NCBI GenBank assembly: GCA_913043255.1
Contig: CAJWLK010000009.1
Location: 27,706-91,705, forward strand
Origin: an uncultured Gemmatimonadota bacterium
Lineage (GTDB): Bacteria; Gemmatimonadota; Gemmatimonadetes; Palauibacterales; Palauibacteraceae
Reading direction: 5' to 3'
Length of the DNA stretch: 64,000 nucleotides
Program-made: the position numbers and the translations under genes
The notes under the pieces: model-generated
Seen by the model: the letters and a program-made list of their open reading frames with translations, nothing else
Told to the model about the DNA's origin: nothing
Database searches by the model: none
Shown here: positions 40,976 to 52,188 of the stretch, piece after piece
How the letters are laid out: each line of letters begins with the position of its first letter
Position numbering within the stretch: the stretch's first letter is position 1

Positions 40976-42819
40976 GTCGGAACACTCCGCCTTGGCTCTG
41001 CCTGGTGACCAAATAGCCTACGATACACGCCCGGACGACTCATAAGAGTTTCATGTGTACCCCTATCGACAATCCGCCCCTCGTCAAGCACAAAAATCTT
41101 ATCGACTTCGCGCACGGTAGATAGGCGGTGTGCAATCACAATCACAGTCCTCCCACGAAAAAGCTCCGCCAAGCCAGCCTTGATCGAGAGTTCACTCTCC
41201 GCATCTAGCGCAGATGTCGCTTCGTCCAGAATCAGAATCGGAGGGTCGCGAAGAACAGCGCGGGCAATCCCTATACGCTGCCGTTGTCCACCTGACAAAC
41301 GAACTCCTCGGTCACCAAGTATTGTGTCGTATCCATCTGGAAGGTCCATAACAAAGTCATGCGCAAAAGCTGCACGAGATGCAGCTTCGACGGCACTTCG
41401 TGACGGATCCGGATCACCGTATGCAATGTTCGCTTCTACAGTATCATGGAGGATTGTTGTCTCCTGACTCACAATTCCAATCAGATGACGGAGTGATACT
41501 GTCGTGAACTCGCGAATATCAGTCCCATCTATCGTCACATGACCTTCTTGTGGATCAGAAAAACGTGGAAGTAGATCAACAAGCGTGCTCTTTCCACTAC
41601 CTGAGGGTCCAACCAATGCAATCACGTGTCCCTTGGTAATCGTAAGATTTAGATTGCGGAGAATCTTGCGTTCAGGTTCATAGGAGAAATTTACACCCTC
41701 AAAACAAATTTCGTCCTCAATACCCATCGCTGTGAGCACCCCTCCTGAGGGTTCTGGCGCTTGGTCAAGAATCGAAAAAAATCGTTCGGCCGCAGTTAGT
41801 CCTTGCTGCAAAGCCGCCGGGTATTGTGCCAGCGCCTTGATGGGCGAGATAGCTCGAAGTGCGACAGTGACGAAAGCCAGAAACTGCTCCGGACCCAACG
41901 TTCCCGCTTCGATTACAAGAGCTGCCCCAACCCAAATAAGACCGACGGCCACGACACTCGCTAAAACTTCTGAGAGCGGCGAGGCGAGTTGTTGGGTAGC
42001 AGCCGCATGAATACGGCGGCGGCCATATCGATCAGATCGAATGCGAAAGCGTTTTTCTTCATAGTCTTCCGCACTCCACAATTTCACAAGTCGAATCCCA
42101 TTAAGTGACTCTTGGAGTGTAGCTAGAAGTTCTCCTTGATCGTGGTATACCCGTCGAAACCTATTTCTGAGACGTCGGAATAACGGTTGCATCGTTAAAA
42201 GAAGAAGGGGCACAAGGATAAGTGCGATGATTGCAAGCTGCCACGAAATTGCGCATAAGACAGCTGCGTATGCCACGGCAGTTGCACATTGGCGTATCGC
42301 TTGCGCAAGAGCATCCGTTACAACGGGTTTTGATTCGTTCGTGTCCGATAGCACTCTTGTCAGAAGTTGACCTAACTTCTGACTCTCGAAGAACGCCATA
42401 GGAAGACGCTGGAGTCGTGCGTGCACAGTGTCTCGGACATCTCGAACGAAAAATTCCTGCACACGTATAGATAATACCTTGCCCGAGTAGAGAAATACGT
42501 TCTTTAAGAGGAGTGCACACAATGCGAGAAGGCACACTACTCGCAATCCATCAAGCCCCTCAACACCGGTGAGCCAGTGCCCTGCTACGTTATCAATCAG
42601 CCTCTCAGCAGCGTTTCGACCTCCATCGGGTACTAGGGGACCCATGCTGAAGAGTGATCGAAGCATGGGCACAAGAAGTAAAAGACTGAACGCTTCGAAA
42701 AAGGCGGCGAAAACACCGAGAACAATGCCGGCCACAAAAATAGTACGGTACGGCTTGAGGAAGCCCAATAGTCGGAAAAACAACGATCGACCGGTAAGAG
42801 TCTCGATGGCCTTGGTCAA
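40972..42819 (-). CDS. msbA: MsbA-like ABC exporter (TMD + NBD)
   Basis: GPSGSGKS, LSGGQRQR, ILDEATSALD, IAHRLST; sits among lipid A genes. Confidence 0.85.
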   Translation of the reverse strand: MTKAIETLTGRSLFFRLLGFLKPYRTIFVAGIVLGVFAAFFEAFSLLLLVPMLRSLFSMGPLVPDGGRNAAERLIDNVAGHWLTGVEGLDGLRVVCLLALCALLLKNVFLYSGKVLSIRVQEFFVRDVRDTVHARLQRLPMAFFESQKLGQLLTRVLSDTNESKPVVTDALAQAIRQCATAVAYAAVLCAISWQLAIIALILVPLLLLTMQPLFRRLRNRFRRVYHDQGELLATLQESLNGIRLVKLWSAEDYEEKRFRIRSDRYGRRRIHAAATQQLASPLSEVLASVVAVGLIWVGAALVIEAGTLGPEQFLAFVTVALRAISPIKALAQYPAALQQGLTAAERFFSILDQAPEPSGGVLTAMGIEDEICFEGVNFSYEPERKILRNLNLTITKGHVIALVGPSGSGKSTLVDLLPRFSDPQEGHVTIDGTDIREFTTVSLRHLIGIVSQETTILHDTVEANIAYGDPDPSRSAVEAASRAAFAHDFVMDLPDGYDTILGDRGVRLSGGQRQRIGIARAVLRDPPILILDEATSALDAESELSIKAGLAELFRGRTVIVIAHRLSTVREVDKIFVLDEGRIVDRGTHETLMSRPGVYRRLFGHQAEPRRSVPT

Positions 42820-44387
42820 CGAGGAGTAAGCAAAGCAACGGGAAGCACCATCTCATCGGGGCTAACGCCACCGTGCAGAAAGTTGTCGCGATATCGATTC
42901 TGGTACTCACGGAGCTTGGTCGGGTACACAAAGAAATAGTCCTCGCGACACAAGGCATACCTCTGGTTCATACTGCCCGGCGGTAACCGCAGTTCGTCCG
43001 CGTCACCCGTTAAGAAGGCTGCATCTGGATTGTCTACTCGAAGGTCTTCACCGAATTTATAGCGAAGGTTCGCCGTTGCATCCCGTTTAGCATATATCGT
43101 GGCCGGACGATGACAATGCACCGAACCATGGTCCGTTGTGAGGAGAACACGGACTCCCCGTTGGGCAGCAAGTTTGAGAGCGGCAAGAGCAGGCGACCGT
43201 TCAAACCAAGTCACCGTAAGAGACCGAAGTGCACTTGTATCTCGCGCCATTTCCCAGATTAACCGTGACTCGGCCCGACCGTGTGTAAGCATGTCGACAA
43301 ATCCAAATACAAGAGCGGTTGCCGAAGGACTCGACAGATATCCACCGAGTCGATTTAACATCGCCTTTCCTTGGGCAGCAGTGAAGATTTTCTCGTAGTG
43401 GGTCGGGAGTTTGGCTCCAGCCAATTTGTGTATGACCCCCTTGAACAACTCATCTTCAAAGGAATTGAAACCAATTTGGTCACCTCGCTCCCACCACTCT
43501 GGGCGCATCTCAGCCAATTCATCCGGGAAGACGGCACCGAAGAGTGCATTTCGGGCAAATGGCGTCGCTGTTGGGAGTATCGAAGCGTACAACTCTTCTT
43601 CTATTTCAAAATACTCACTGAGTATCGGCATTATTGCACGCCATTGTCCGAGCTGCATGCAGTCCATTACGACAAAAACACCGGAAGGATCTTCACTAAG
43701 GATAGGCTGAAAGAAGCGGCTTAAGATGTCGACTGAGAGCGTTGGGCCAGACTCGCCGTCTTCATGCACCCAATCCCCATATTGCTCTGCAACCAAATCG
43801 CAAAAACCTCGACTCAAGTCCAACATCAGCGAACGCAATATGTCGCCGAACCCGGTTTCGCCAGCGCCTTCGAGTTTTAGATCCCAATCGACAAGCTCTG
43901 AATAGAGACTAGCCCAATCCGTCCATGACGATGCGGAGGCTAGCATCTCACGAAGTTCTCCAAACCGGCGTGAAAAATCGCGAGCAATCTGCTCGTGTTG
44001 GAGTGCCGGTCCAGCGAGAATCCGAGTGACGACTGATAATACTTGCCGAGGGCTCGTTGGCTTTACGATGTAGTCATCTGCTCGTCGACCAATAGCCTCA
44101 TGCATTGTCGAGTCTTCTTCACTCTTAGTAACCATGACTACTGGTAATCGAGGAGAACCAGAGCGCACTCTTTCAAGCACTTCGATCCCTCTGAGACCAG
44201 GCATCTGTTCGTCAAGCAGGACCAAATCGTATGAGCGTGTGGACAACAGTTCCAGCGCATCTTGACCGTTCATAGTAGCATCGACGGAATAACCTGCGGA
44301 TTGAAGCAACATCAGATGCGGGCGCAGTAAATCGACTTCATCATCCACCCATAAGATGCGCCCAAAAGTAGGCTTCAATGCCTCCAT
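42816..44387 (-). CDS. PorX-like response regulator: receiver + PglZ/alkaline-phosphatase-superfamily domain
   Basis: WVDDE, LLDEQMPG, MVTKSEE, IVKP receiver; MDCM, LPTATPFARNALF, FVDMLTH, TTDHG, HGGVSPDEM PglZ motifs. Confidence 0.88.
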   Translation of the reverse strand: MEALKPTFGRILWVDDEVDLLRPHLMLLQSAGYSVDATMNGQDALELLSTRSYDLVLLDEQMPGLRGIEVLERVRSGSPRLPVVMVTKSEEDSTMHEAIGRRADDYIVKPTSPRQVLSVVTRILAGPALQHEQIARDFSRRFGELREMLASASSWTDWASLYSELVDWDLKLEGAGETGFGDILRSLMLDLSRGFCDLVAEQYGDWVHEDGESGPTLSVDILSRFFQPILSEDPSGVFVVMDCMQLGQWRAIMPILSEYFEIEEELYASILPTATPFARNALFGAVFPDELAEMRPEWWERGDQIGFNSFEDELFKGVIHKLAGAKLPTHYEKIFTAAQGKAMLNRLGGYLSSPSATALVFGFVDMLTHGRAESRLIWEMARDTSALRSLTVTWFERSPALAALKLAAQRGVRVLLTTDHGSVHCHRPATIYAKRDATANLRYKFGEDLRVDNPDAAFLTGDADELRLPPGSMNQRYALCREDYFFVYPTKLREYQNRYRDNFLHGGVSPDEMVLPVALLTPR

Positions 44388-44389
44388 AC

Positions 44390-45451
44390 TCAGGCCTGTC
44401 GCTCTGGATAATTTTGCAAGGCGAGTTCCAACTTCTCCAGAACATCCTCCGCTTGAATTCGTGCCATGTTTCCCTTTCGCTTCTTCCGCGAAGGATTCGT
44501 CTCCCCTAATCTCGTGTATTGATCAACGGTCAACTCACTAAAGTGACGGTACGGCCCAGACCGTTTAGGGTCGGTATACCCATACAACCCTACCGTCGGC
44601 GTTCCCAACCCCACTGCTATGTGAAGCGGGCCAGTATCAGGGCTGAGAACAAAATCACTCGCATCAAGGAGCCAAGCCATTCTTCTCAGATCAGTCCCCA
44701 ACTCAACACGTGGTGAAGCTTTACTGAGTTTAATCAAACGCGTGGCCCAATCACGTTCTTCGGTTGAGGGGCCACCCACAATAACCGGTTCGAGATTAAG
44801 ATCGTGTGCTGCAATATCCAGTACTCGTGCATATCGTTCCAGAATCCAATTTTTCTGCGAATGCGAGGAGCACAGGACAACTGCCAGTACTCTCCGATCA
44901 ATTTTCTGCCGCCACCTGTGCTGATCATTACGTTCCGTTTCGGTGAAGAAAAAATTCCATTCACGCCGCACTGGCACACCTAATACCTCAATAAACTCTA
45001 GAAGTTCATCCTGCGTATGAGCTGTAGCACAGGCTGGTAGGCGACGATTTGTCGCAAGCCAACTGAAGTCTTGGGACCGACTGCGATCGTAACCAAGCTT
45101 AATAGGTGCGGGAAGAAGTTGGGTAACGACCCCACCTTTGAATACCGGCTGCAAATCAAGCACCAAGTCGAATGTCCTGTCTTGCAGTCGACGCCGAAAA
45201 TCCATATACGCCCGTACCCCTAGCTCACGTCTAAAACACAGGAATTCATCGACGTCGGGTCTGCCACTCATAAGCATGTGGGGCACCTTTTGGATGACCC
45301 ATGAGATATGAGTATCACACCATGCCTTCCGAAGTGATGCTATCACCGGGAGCGCATGCACCGAATCGCCAATGGCACTCATCCGAACGATTGCCACCCT
45401 GCGAGGTGGTTCGGGGAGCACTATCTCCCTCAAGGGGTCAAATTTTAGCAC
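44390..45451 (-). CDS. GT9 LPS heptosyltransferase (WaaC/F-like)
   Basis: RMSAIGDSVH, DLQ, DTGPLHIA, GLYG. Confidence 0.9.
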   Translation of the reverse strand: MLKFDPLREIVLPEPPRRVAIVRMSAIGDSVHALPVIASLRKAWCDTHISWVIQKVPHMLMSGRPDVDEFLCFRRELGVRAYMDFRRRLQDRTFDLVLDLQPVFKGGVVTQLLPAPIKLGYDRSRSQDFSWLATNRRLPACATAHTQDELLEFIEVLGVPVRREWNFFFTETERNDQHRWRQKIDRRVLAVVLCSSHSQKNWILERYARVLDIAAHDLNLEPVIVGGPSTEERDWATRLIKLSKASPRVELGTDLRRMAWLLDASDFVLSPDTGPLHIAVGLGTPTVGLYGYTDPKRSGPYRHFSELTVDQYTRLGETNPSRKKRKGNMARIQAEDVLEKLELALQNYPERQA

Positions 45452-45572
45452 AGGTTCACACTGTATTAACCTTGGCGATCTTGCCAGTGGAGGATCTTGA
45501 ATACCATTGAATGGTACTCATTACTAGAACTGGACGATGACAAAGAACAGCAAGGGCTGTAACCTCGAAGTG

Positions 45573-47000
45573 ATGCGAACTCTAACACGATACCTCCTGC
45601 GCCTTCATCTGGCGCCATTTCTATTCGCCGTAACCGGCCTGACACTTTTGCTGTTGCTTGACCAGGTAAGCAAACGGTTTCAAGACCTCATTGGGAAAGA
45701 CCTTCATTGGTCAGTAATCGCTGAAGTCTTTGTTTACTCCATCCCATTCATCCTTGCTCAAACACTCCCTATGGCTGTCCTGATCACCGTTCTCTACGTG
45801 TATAGTCGTTTGGAGGGTGATTTTGAAATCACCGCTATCAAGGCTAGTGGGGTGCCCCTTCACAGAGTTATGGCTCCCATATTGCTTGCAGCCACAATAT
45901 TAGCGGGCGGGATGACCTGGTTTAATAACGTTGTGCTACCGGAATCCAACCATCACCTCCAAGTGCTGCTCACGGGGGTCGGGCGAAAGAAACCAACCTT
46001 TTACTTACGTGAACGAACTATCAACGAGGTACTTCCCTCGCGCTTATACGTCCAACCTGCCGCGATTGATCGAGAGCGAAGCGAACTCGATGATGCGGTA
46101 ATCTATGACGAAAGAGGCGGCCAACAGAGTCGGACGATATACGCGAGTGGTGGTAAAATGGCGTTCGAAGAGAGCGGTGAAGATCTATACCTAGATTTAA
46201 GCAATGGAGTCCTCCAAGAGCGCCCCAACAGACAGCCAAATGCATTTAGGAGAATTGAGTTTGATCGCCTAGTGATGCGAGTTCCAGCCGTGACCAATTC
46301 CCTTGAGCGCGACACGCTTAGTGGGTATCGAAGTGATCGTGAGATGAACATCGGACAAATGCGCGCCGAGGCTAAAAAAGGAGAGCGCACGGTGGCCACA
46401 TCTCAAGCGGAAAGCCGTGGATACGCGATTGCGATAACTAAAAAACTTGTCAAACCTCAAGCATTAGCGGAACCGACGATTCAAGGGCCTATGACAGCTC
46501 AAGGTAGAGCAAGTGGCTCCCGGTCCAGACTTCGAGCCACGACCTGGCCAGAAGAGGAAGTGTTTGATTCAGAATGGAAACAGGGCCCATTATCAGCAGA
46601 CTCAGCTATTCAGGCAGGGGTACTTGCAGCGGAACGGTTTTATAGCGCCACAGACGCAGCGACACAGTTTCGAGCCTATAGAGAGCGTGAGGAAGCCGGA
46701 CTGCGTCGCATCAACAAATTTTGGGTGGAGATTCACAAAAAGGGCTCGATCCCAGCTGCATGTATCATCTTCGTACTTATTGGCGCACCGATCGCCGTAA
46801 GATACCCACGGGGCGGAGTTGCGCTCGTTGTCGGCGTCAGCCTCGCTTTCTTCGCCGCATACTATGTTTCACTCGTGGGAGGAGAAGATCTGTCGGATCG
46901 CCGGCTAATATCGCCACTGTGGGCCATGTGGGCCCCGAACATCTTGTTTGGCACCTTCGGGTTAGTAGCACTATGGCGAGCCACCCACATACCTCGGTGA
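45573..47000 (+). CDS. lptF: LPS export permease LptF family, with an insertion in the periplasmic region
   Basis: LPMAVL, EITAIKASG, EIHKKGSIP, WAPN. Confidence 0.85.
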   Translation: MRTLTRYLLRLHLAPFLFAVTGLTLLLLLDQVSKRFQDLIGKDLHWSVIAEVFVYSIPFILAQTLPMAVLITVLYVYSRLEGDFEITAIKASGVPLHRVMAPILLAATILAGGMTWFNNVVLPESNHHLQVLLTGVGRKKPTFYLRERTINEVLPSRLYVQPAAIDRERSELDDAVIYDERGGQQSRTIYASGGKMAFEESGEDLYLDLSNGVLQERPNRQPNAFRRIEFDRLVMRVPAVTNSLERDTLSGYRSDREMNIGQMRAEAKKGERTVATSQAESRGYAIAITKKLVKPQALAEPTIQGPMTAQGRASGSRSRLRATTWPEEEVFDSEWKQGPLSADSAIQAGVLAAERFYSATDAATQFRAYREREEAGLRRINKFWVEIHKKGSIPAACIIFVLIGAPIAVRYPRGGVALVVGVSLAFFAAYYVSLVGGEDLSDRRLISPLWAMWAPNILFGTFGLVALWRATHIPR

Positions 47001-47004
47001 TCAA

Positions 47005-48081
47005 GTGAAACTGCTAGATCGATACGTAACAGCGCAGTTCCTCAGGATCTTTGGGGTTTGTGTACTCGGCGTACCGTTCCTCTTCATGGTTATTGATCTC
47101 ACCGACAATATCGACCGTTTTATTGATCAAGGGATGACACGCACACAGGTTACTCTCCACTATATTTACCAGTTCCCTTATCAGTCCCTCCTCGCATTCC
47201 CGATAGCAGCACTCCTCGCTTCGGTATTCACAGTCTCGGGTATGACACGACGATTTGAAATCACCGCCATAAAGGCCGGAGGTTTCTCCTTCTATCGATT
47301 CAGTCTGCCAATCTTGATGATGGCGACAATTCTCAGCTTTGGAGCACTCGCTCTCACTGAGCTTGTCGCTACCACAAACCGAAAGTCTGTGGAAGTGCTC
47401 GAGCGGGATGAATCTCGTAGCCAAACCATCCGCCTGTCCTTCGTTTACCGAGGGGATGAAGGGCTGGTATACAAAGTCCGACGATTGGATTCAAGAGAAG
47501 GGCGTATGGATGACGTGCAAGTTGAACGAGAAGGAATAGGTCCGGAATTTCCGACTATGAATCTCTCTGCGAACACAGCCATGTTCGACACATTATCGGC
47601 GCGATGGGTATTGCAGGACGGGTGGGCAAGACGTTTCCTGGAAGCTGATCGAGAACGGGCATATGAGTTTCTAGAAATGCATGTACGAGAACTTGATGAG
47701 CAACCTGATGATCTCCGGGCACAACCTAAGGATGTTGATGAGATGCGTTTTGCAGAGCTTGGAAAGTTCATAGACGCGATCGAACGCTCCGGAGGAACTG
47801 CGTGGGATCTCCAGACAGCCCAAGCCCAACGAATTGCATTCCCATTTGCATGCCTGGTTATCACACTCTTTGGGATGCCATTGGCACACTCGAATCGCAG
47901 GGGGGGAGCTCCGCTCTCAATTGGAATCGCACTCGCAACAACGATCGTCTTCCTGATCTTCACTCGGATCACGGAAGCTCTTGGAGCGGGAGGTGCACTA
48001 CCTGCAACGGTAGCTGCATGGTTACCAAATTGGGTATTTCTCTTCGCCGGATTCGTGCTCTTTTCACGAGTGCGCACATAA
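47005..48081 (+). CDS. lptG: LPS export permease LptG family
   Basis: LLDRYV, EITAIKAGG, RIAFPF, AAWLPN. Confidence 0.85.
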   Translation: MKLLDRYVTAQFLRIFGVCVLGVPFLFMVIDLTDNIDRFIDQGMTRTQVTLHYIYQFPYQSLLAFPIAALLASVFTVSGMTRRFEITAIKAGGFSFYRFSLPILMMATILSFGALALTELVATTNRKSVEVLERDESRSQTIRLSFVYRGDEGLVYKVRRLDSREGRMDDVQVEREGIGPEFPTMNLSANTAMFDTLSARWVLQDGWARRFLEADRERAYEFLEMHVRELDEQPDDLRAQPKDVDEMRFAELGKFIDAIERSGGTAWDLQTAQAQRIAFPFACLVITLFGMPLAHSNRRGGAPLSIGIALATTIVFLIFTRITEALGAGGALPATVAAWLPNWVFLFAGFVLFSRVRT

Positions 48082-48105
48082 TAGCTCATACCCATGCGCA
48101 AAGTC

Positions 48106-49080
48106 TCAGTACGTGGTGACCTCGCCTGCTTCCAAGCGCTGAATATCCGCACGCACCATCTGCCGTATTAATTCATCAAAAGATACATGCGGTTTCCACC
48201 CGAGCTCGTCTTTTGCCTTTGTTGAATCGGCACATAAATGGTCCACCTCAGCCGGACGTAGCAGCGATGGGTCCTGTATAACAAAATCGTTCCAGTTTCG
48301 GCCAACTTCGTCGAAAGCGATTGTGAGCAAATCTTCTACAGAGTGCGTTTCGCCCGTTCCAATAACGTAGTCTTGGGGAGTGTCTGCTTGGAGCATCATC
48401 CACATCGCTTCGGCATAATCACCTGCAAATCCCCAATCCCGCCGAGCACTAAGGTTACCCATAGGGAGTTGATCCATAAGCCCGAGGTGAATCTGTGCCA
48501 CGTGCCAGCTCACCTTCCGAGACACAAACTCAAGACCTCGTCGCGGACTTTCATGGTTGAATAAGATCCCACTGACTGAGAACAAATCGTAACTTTCACG
48601 GTAATTCACTGTTATAAAATGGCCATATACTTTGGCTACCCCATACGGACTCCTCGGATAAAATGGGGTATTCTCGTTTTGCGGTGTCTGACGAACTTTG
48701 CCAAACATCTCCGACGAAGATGCCTGGTAGAAGCGTATTCCAGTGTTCACTGCGCGGATCGCCTCAAGAACCCGTGTCACTCCAAGTGCTGTAAACTCCG
48801 CCGTCAACAATGGTTGTTCCCACGATGTGGGAACAAATGATTGTGCGGCGAGGTTGTATACTTCAGTCGGTCGGATTTTTTCCAAAACACGGATCAGTGA
48901 TAGCTGGTCAAGCAAGTCGGCCTGGTGCAGTGTAATCCGGTCTCTTAGGTGGACTATACGGTCGTACTTCTCGACCGATGAGCGTCTTACTACACCATGG
49001 ACATCGTAGCCTTTGTTAAGCAAAAGCTCAGCTAGATACGATCCATCCTGACCAGTAATGCCGGTAATGAGCGCAATCAT
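48106..49080 (-). CDS. gmd: GDP-mannose 4,6-dehydratase
   Basis: [50 protein letters not shown]. Confidence 0.96.
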   Translation of the reverse strand: MIALITGITGQDGSYLAELLLNKGYDVHGVVRRSSVEKYDRIVHLRDRITLHQADLLDQLSLIRVLEKIRPTEVYNLAAQSFVPTSWEQPLLTAEFTALGVTRVLEAIRAVNTGIRFYQASSSEMFGKVRQTPQNENTPFYPRSPYGVAKVYGHFITVNYRESYDLFSVSGILFNHESPRRGLEFVSRKVSWHVAQIHLGLMDQLPMGNLSARRDWGFAGDYAEAMWMMLQADTPQDYVIGTGETHSVEDLLTIAFDEVGRNWNDFVIQDPSLLRPAEVDHLCADSTKAKDELGWKPHVSFDELIRQMVRADIQRLEAGEVTTY

Positions 49081-50675
49081 ATGTGTTCAGTTTCGCCAAG
49101 GTTGTTGCTAGCCCCTGTGGGGGTCTCTTTCACCTCATCGCCATTGTCATTGTTGAGACTTTTTCCAAGTTCTTGGGTTGCGACCCGTGCAATGAGGATG
49201 GCCGCAACCAAAGTCGCGATGAGTCCCACCACCAACAATCCGGTTTTGCCCCAATTCGCGGCCCCACTGGCCACTTCGGCCAATTCTGCGCCCGCGACCC
49301 CGATGTAGACATAGAGGAGCGTGCCCGGAAGCATAGCAAACAAAGACGCGAGAGTGTAGTGCCAGAAACTGACGCCCGTGAGACCATAGAAATAGTTCTG
49401 CAGATTAAATGGCAACACAGGTGAAAGGCGGGTCAAAACGACAACTCGCCATCCTTGGCTTTCTACAGCTCGATCAACCGCACTCAACTTTTCGTGTGGA
49501 GCAAGCCATTTTTTTACGCGAGAACGCATCACGTACCTAGCAATCAGAAAAGCAAAGCTGGCCCCGATCGTGGCGGATAGCACAGCGGTCAGAGTACCAA
49601 GGCCGATTCCAAATGCCACCCCTGCTCCGATAGTTAGCGGAGAAGCAGGCAGTACCAGGATGATGGCAAGAATATAAATAGCTCCATAGACCAGTGGGCC
49701 GAACACTCCAAAACCGCTCACCCATTTGCGAAGTTGTTCAACCCAATTCTTGTTAACACGCGTTAGCGCTTGAGATGACTCGGCTATATCAGATGACGGG
49801 GGGAGGGGAGAATATGTGCCGATTAACTCGGCGCATGTACCGGATGAAGCGTCAACTGAAGATTTTTTTAACTGATTCAACGACCAGTCGTAGTCTATGT
49901 AAACGAGAGAGATTTCCGGATTGGCTTTGATCGCAGTTTGAATCTCGACACTTGTATAGCGGGAGATGAATTCCGGTATGGACTCGGCACGTGGCTCCCA
50001 ATTTGGCAAAGTGAAATCGTTTCCGTACCAATCAAAATAGCGAGAGATTCGAAGCATGCCGCGATCAAGTTCGACATTCCGCGAATCAGACAAAAACGCT
50101 TGCGATCTCTCTTCTAGTTGGTCCTCAAGTTGATCACCCGTGTAGGCCCACCGAGGTAGTGGCGCACATGAATGCGATGCGCAGTTGACAACGAAGTGGA
50201 TGCGAGGATCCTTAAAAAAAGGCCGAAGTAGGTTATGTTCGATATTGTCGAGCGTGACCGGAAACCCGCCAATATCCCACGTGAGGCTGGTCCAAACACC
50301 GTCAATGTCGCGGATTGAAGCAACGCCAGAGTTGTTGAGGATCGCCACAACCGTGAACGCGTTATACGCGTTAATCAGAAGCGCCTTGAGTTCGTTTCGC
50401 TCAAGACGATCTAGTTGGACCTGAGCAATGCTCTCGACGTATGCATTTAGTTCTTGACGGTGTGATTGCATGATCTTGTAATCGACCAGCCCGCCCTCGG
50501 TACCTTCATGAAGTAAGCCTCCCCATACAGAGTGGTCGAACGTAGCTGTACCACTCGCCAAAGCCCGCTCCATTGCTGAACCAAGCGCCCCACTCGCGGG
50601 ATCAGCCCGCGGAACGATACACCCCGACCCGGCGGTGAGAACGGTTATCAAGAGAAGCACCCTCATTCGGATCAC
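49077..50675 (-). CDS. Fusion: lipoprotein DUF547 domain + C-terminal DedA/TVP38 (VTT) membrane domain
   Basis: AGSGC lipobox; [42 protein letters not shown] (DUF547); [18 protein letters not shown] (VTT). Confidence 0.85.
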   Translation of the reverse strand: MIRMRVLLLITVLTAGSGCIVPRADPASGALGSAMERALASGTATFDHSVWGGLLHEGTEGGLVDYKIMQSHRQELNAYVESIAQVQLDRLERNELKALLINAYNAFTVVAILNNSGVASIRDIDGVWTSLTWDIGGFPVTLDNIEHNLLRPFFKDPRIHFVVNCASHSCAPLPRWAYTGDQLEDQLEERSQAFLSDSRNVELDRGMLRISRYFDWYGNDFTLPNWEPRAESIPEFISRYTSVEIQTAIKANPEISLVYIDYDWSLNQLKKSSVDASSGTCAELIGTYSPLPPSSDIAESSQALTRVNKNWVEQLRKWVSGFGVFGPLVYGAIYILAIILVLPASPLTIGAGVAFGIGLGTLTAVLSATIGASFAFLIARYVMRSRVKKWLAPHEKLSAVDRAVESQGWRVVVLTRLSPVLPFNLQNYFYGLTGVSFWHYTLASLFAMLPGTLLYVYIGVAGAELAEVASGAANWGKTGLLVVGLIATLVAAILIARVATQELGKSLNNDNGDEVKETPTGASNNLGETEHI

Positions 50676-50762
50676 AAAGACTTCCTATGACTCTTTCATG
50701 ACAGCAAGGAATCCTAGAGCAAGGTTATAAAGAGGAGTAAAACACCATTCAAACCTAAATGA

Positions 50763-52001
50763 TCATGGCCGAGTGAGACGATTGTAGCTTCCCAAAATCC
50801 GTATGAGCTCATCGTGCGGAAGGCCAGGAATCAACAAATCATCACGCCCAATCATGGTCTCGGAGGCAACCATCGCATTCGTAATGGCTTCCTCAGTGGC
50901 CTGAGCTGTCGCAAGCAGAATGGGAGAGATCTGGTCATTTGGGAGCATTTCAACTGTCGTGGACTGCTCGCGATTCCATGCCTGCGGGTTTGCTGTGGAA
51001 AACGCGATGAAAATGTCTCCAGAGCTGTTGCTTCCATATCCACCCATGCGCCCGATCCCTACGGGAACGCGGCGCGCGAGCCGTTTAAGTTGGTGCGGTA
51101 GCAGTGGGGCATCCGTCGCCACAACTACGATGATTGAGCCAACGTCTTCAGGAGGCAAAAAAGGGTCTCCTCTCTTAGAAAACCCAAGAACGGATTCGTC
51201 GATCTGATCCTTCGGCAACTCCCAATCGAGAAGATGCTGCCCAACGGGGATACCCGCGATTAGCAAGTCGGGCCGCCGACCGTAGTTGCATTGAACGAGC
51301 ACTCCGACGGTATAGTCCCCGACCAACCTCGAAGATGTCCCGATTCCCCCTTTGAACGAATTGCAGATCATCCCAGTCCCACCGCCCACAGCTCCTTCCA
51401 CCACCGGACCAGGAGTGGCTGAATCAATCGCCTGAAAGGCATGTTCCTTCGTCACGTGGAACCCATTGATGTCGTTGAGCGATCCATCCCATGTCTCTGC
51501 AACTACGGGCAAGCTCCACCATACTCCAGGTGCAATCGGATGATTCGCCTTGGCATCTCGTGACCACTCAATTACGGCGTCATGGACGATACCAACACTG
51601 TGCGTATTTGTGATCATGACGGGGCCTTCGAGAAAGCCAGACTCCTCAACCCAAGTTGTACCCGTCATCTCACCATTGCCGTTAAGAGAATACCAGCCTG
51701 CGAACACCGGGCTGTAGCTTCCCGTTCGTGGAATCACGGCAGTCACGCCAGTCCGGACGGGCCCCTCTCCCACAACCAAGGCACCCTCACCCTCGATGAG
51801 AGTGGTATGCCCAACCCGCACACCTGCGACATCGGTGATCCCATTGTATCGACCGGGTTCACCAGGAAAGGGTACCCCTAGGTCGCGAGCTCGCAGGCGA
51901 TCTTGGCCTACGAGTGCCTCTGTTTGCCCAAAGATGAAGAGAATTAGAGATGTGACAAGTAAAAAGCGTATGTAAGATGGGGAACACGAGACTAACATCA
52001 T
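50763..52001 (-). CDS. DmpA-like peptidase family S58 (P1), secreted
   Basis: NGITDVAGVRVGH, NGNGEMTG, VGGGTGM, G|SIIVVVATDAP autocleavage site, SSGDIFIAFST. Confidence 0.92.
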   Translation of the reverse strand: MMLVSCSPSYIRFLLVTSLILFIFGQTEALVGQDRLRARDLGVPFPGEPGRYNGITDVAGVRVGHTTLIEGEGALVVGEGPVRTGVTAVIPRTGSYSPVFAGWYSLNGNGEMTGTTWVEESGFLEGPVMITNTHSVGIVHDAVIEWSRDAKANHPIAPGVWWSLPVVAETWDGSLNDINGFHVTKEHAFQAIDSATPGPVVEGAVGGGTGMICNSFKGGIGTSSRLVGDYTVGVLVQCNYGRRPDLLIAGIPVGQHLLDWELPKDQIDESVLGFSKRGDPFLPPEDVGSIIVVVATDAPLLPHQLKRLARRVPVGIGRMGGYGSNSSGDIFIAFSTANPQAWNREQSTTVEMLPNDQISPILLATAQATEEAITNAMVASETMIGRDDLLIPGLPHDELIRILGSYNRLTRP

Positions 52002-52188
52002 CGGCCTCCCTTATAGTTAATAGGACAACATCGAACACAGTGAAGAGGCTATCCCAACCAGACCACAGCAAACGCCTAATTTAGCTTGATATCCCCGTAT
52101 CTATATATCGATGGGAAGCAAAAGTGTTGCCTTGAAGAACACGATCGCCGCTCTGGCATATCCCTTTCGGATGCGGCCAAGACACGTT

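Noticed and set aside
42816-44387. PglZ domain as evidence for a BREX defence system
   Set aside because: It is fused to a receiver domain (PorX architecture) and no brxC, pglX or brxL genes are in the window.
47445-48152. 235-aa minus-strand ORF
   Set aside because: Antisense shadow of lptG.
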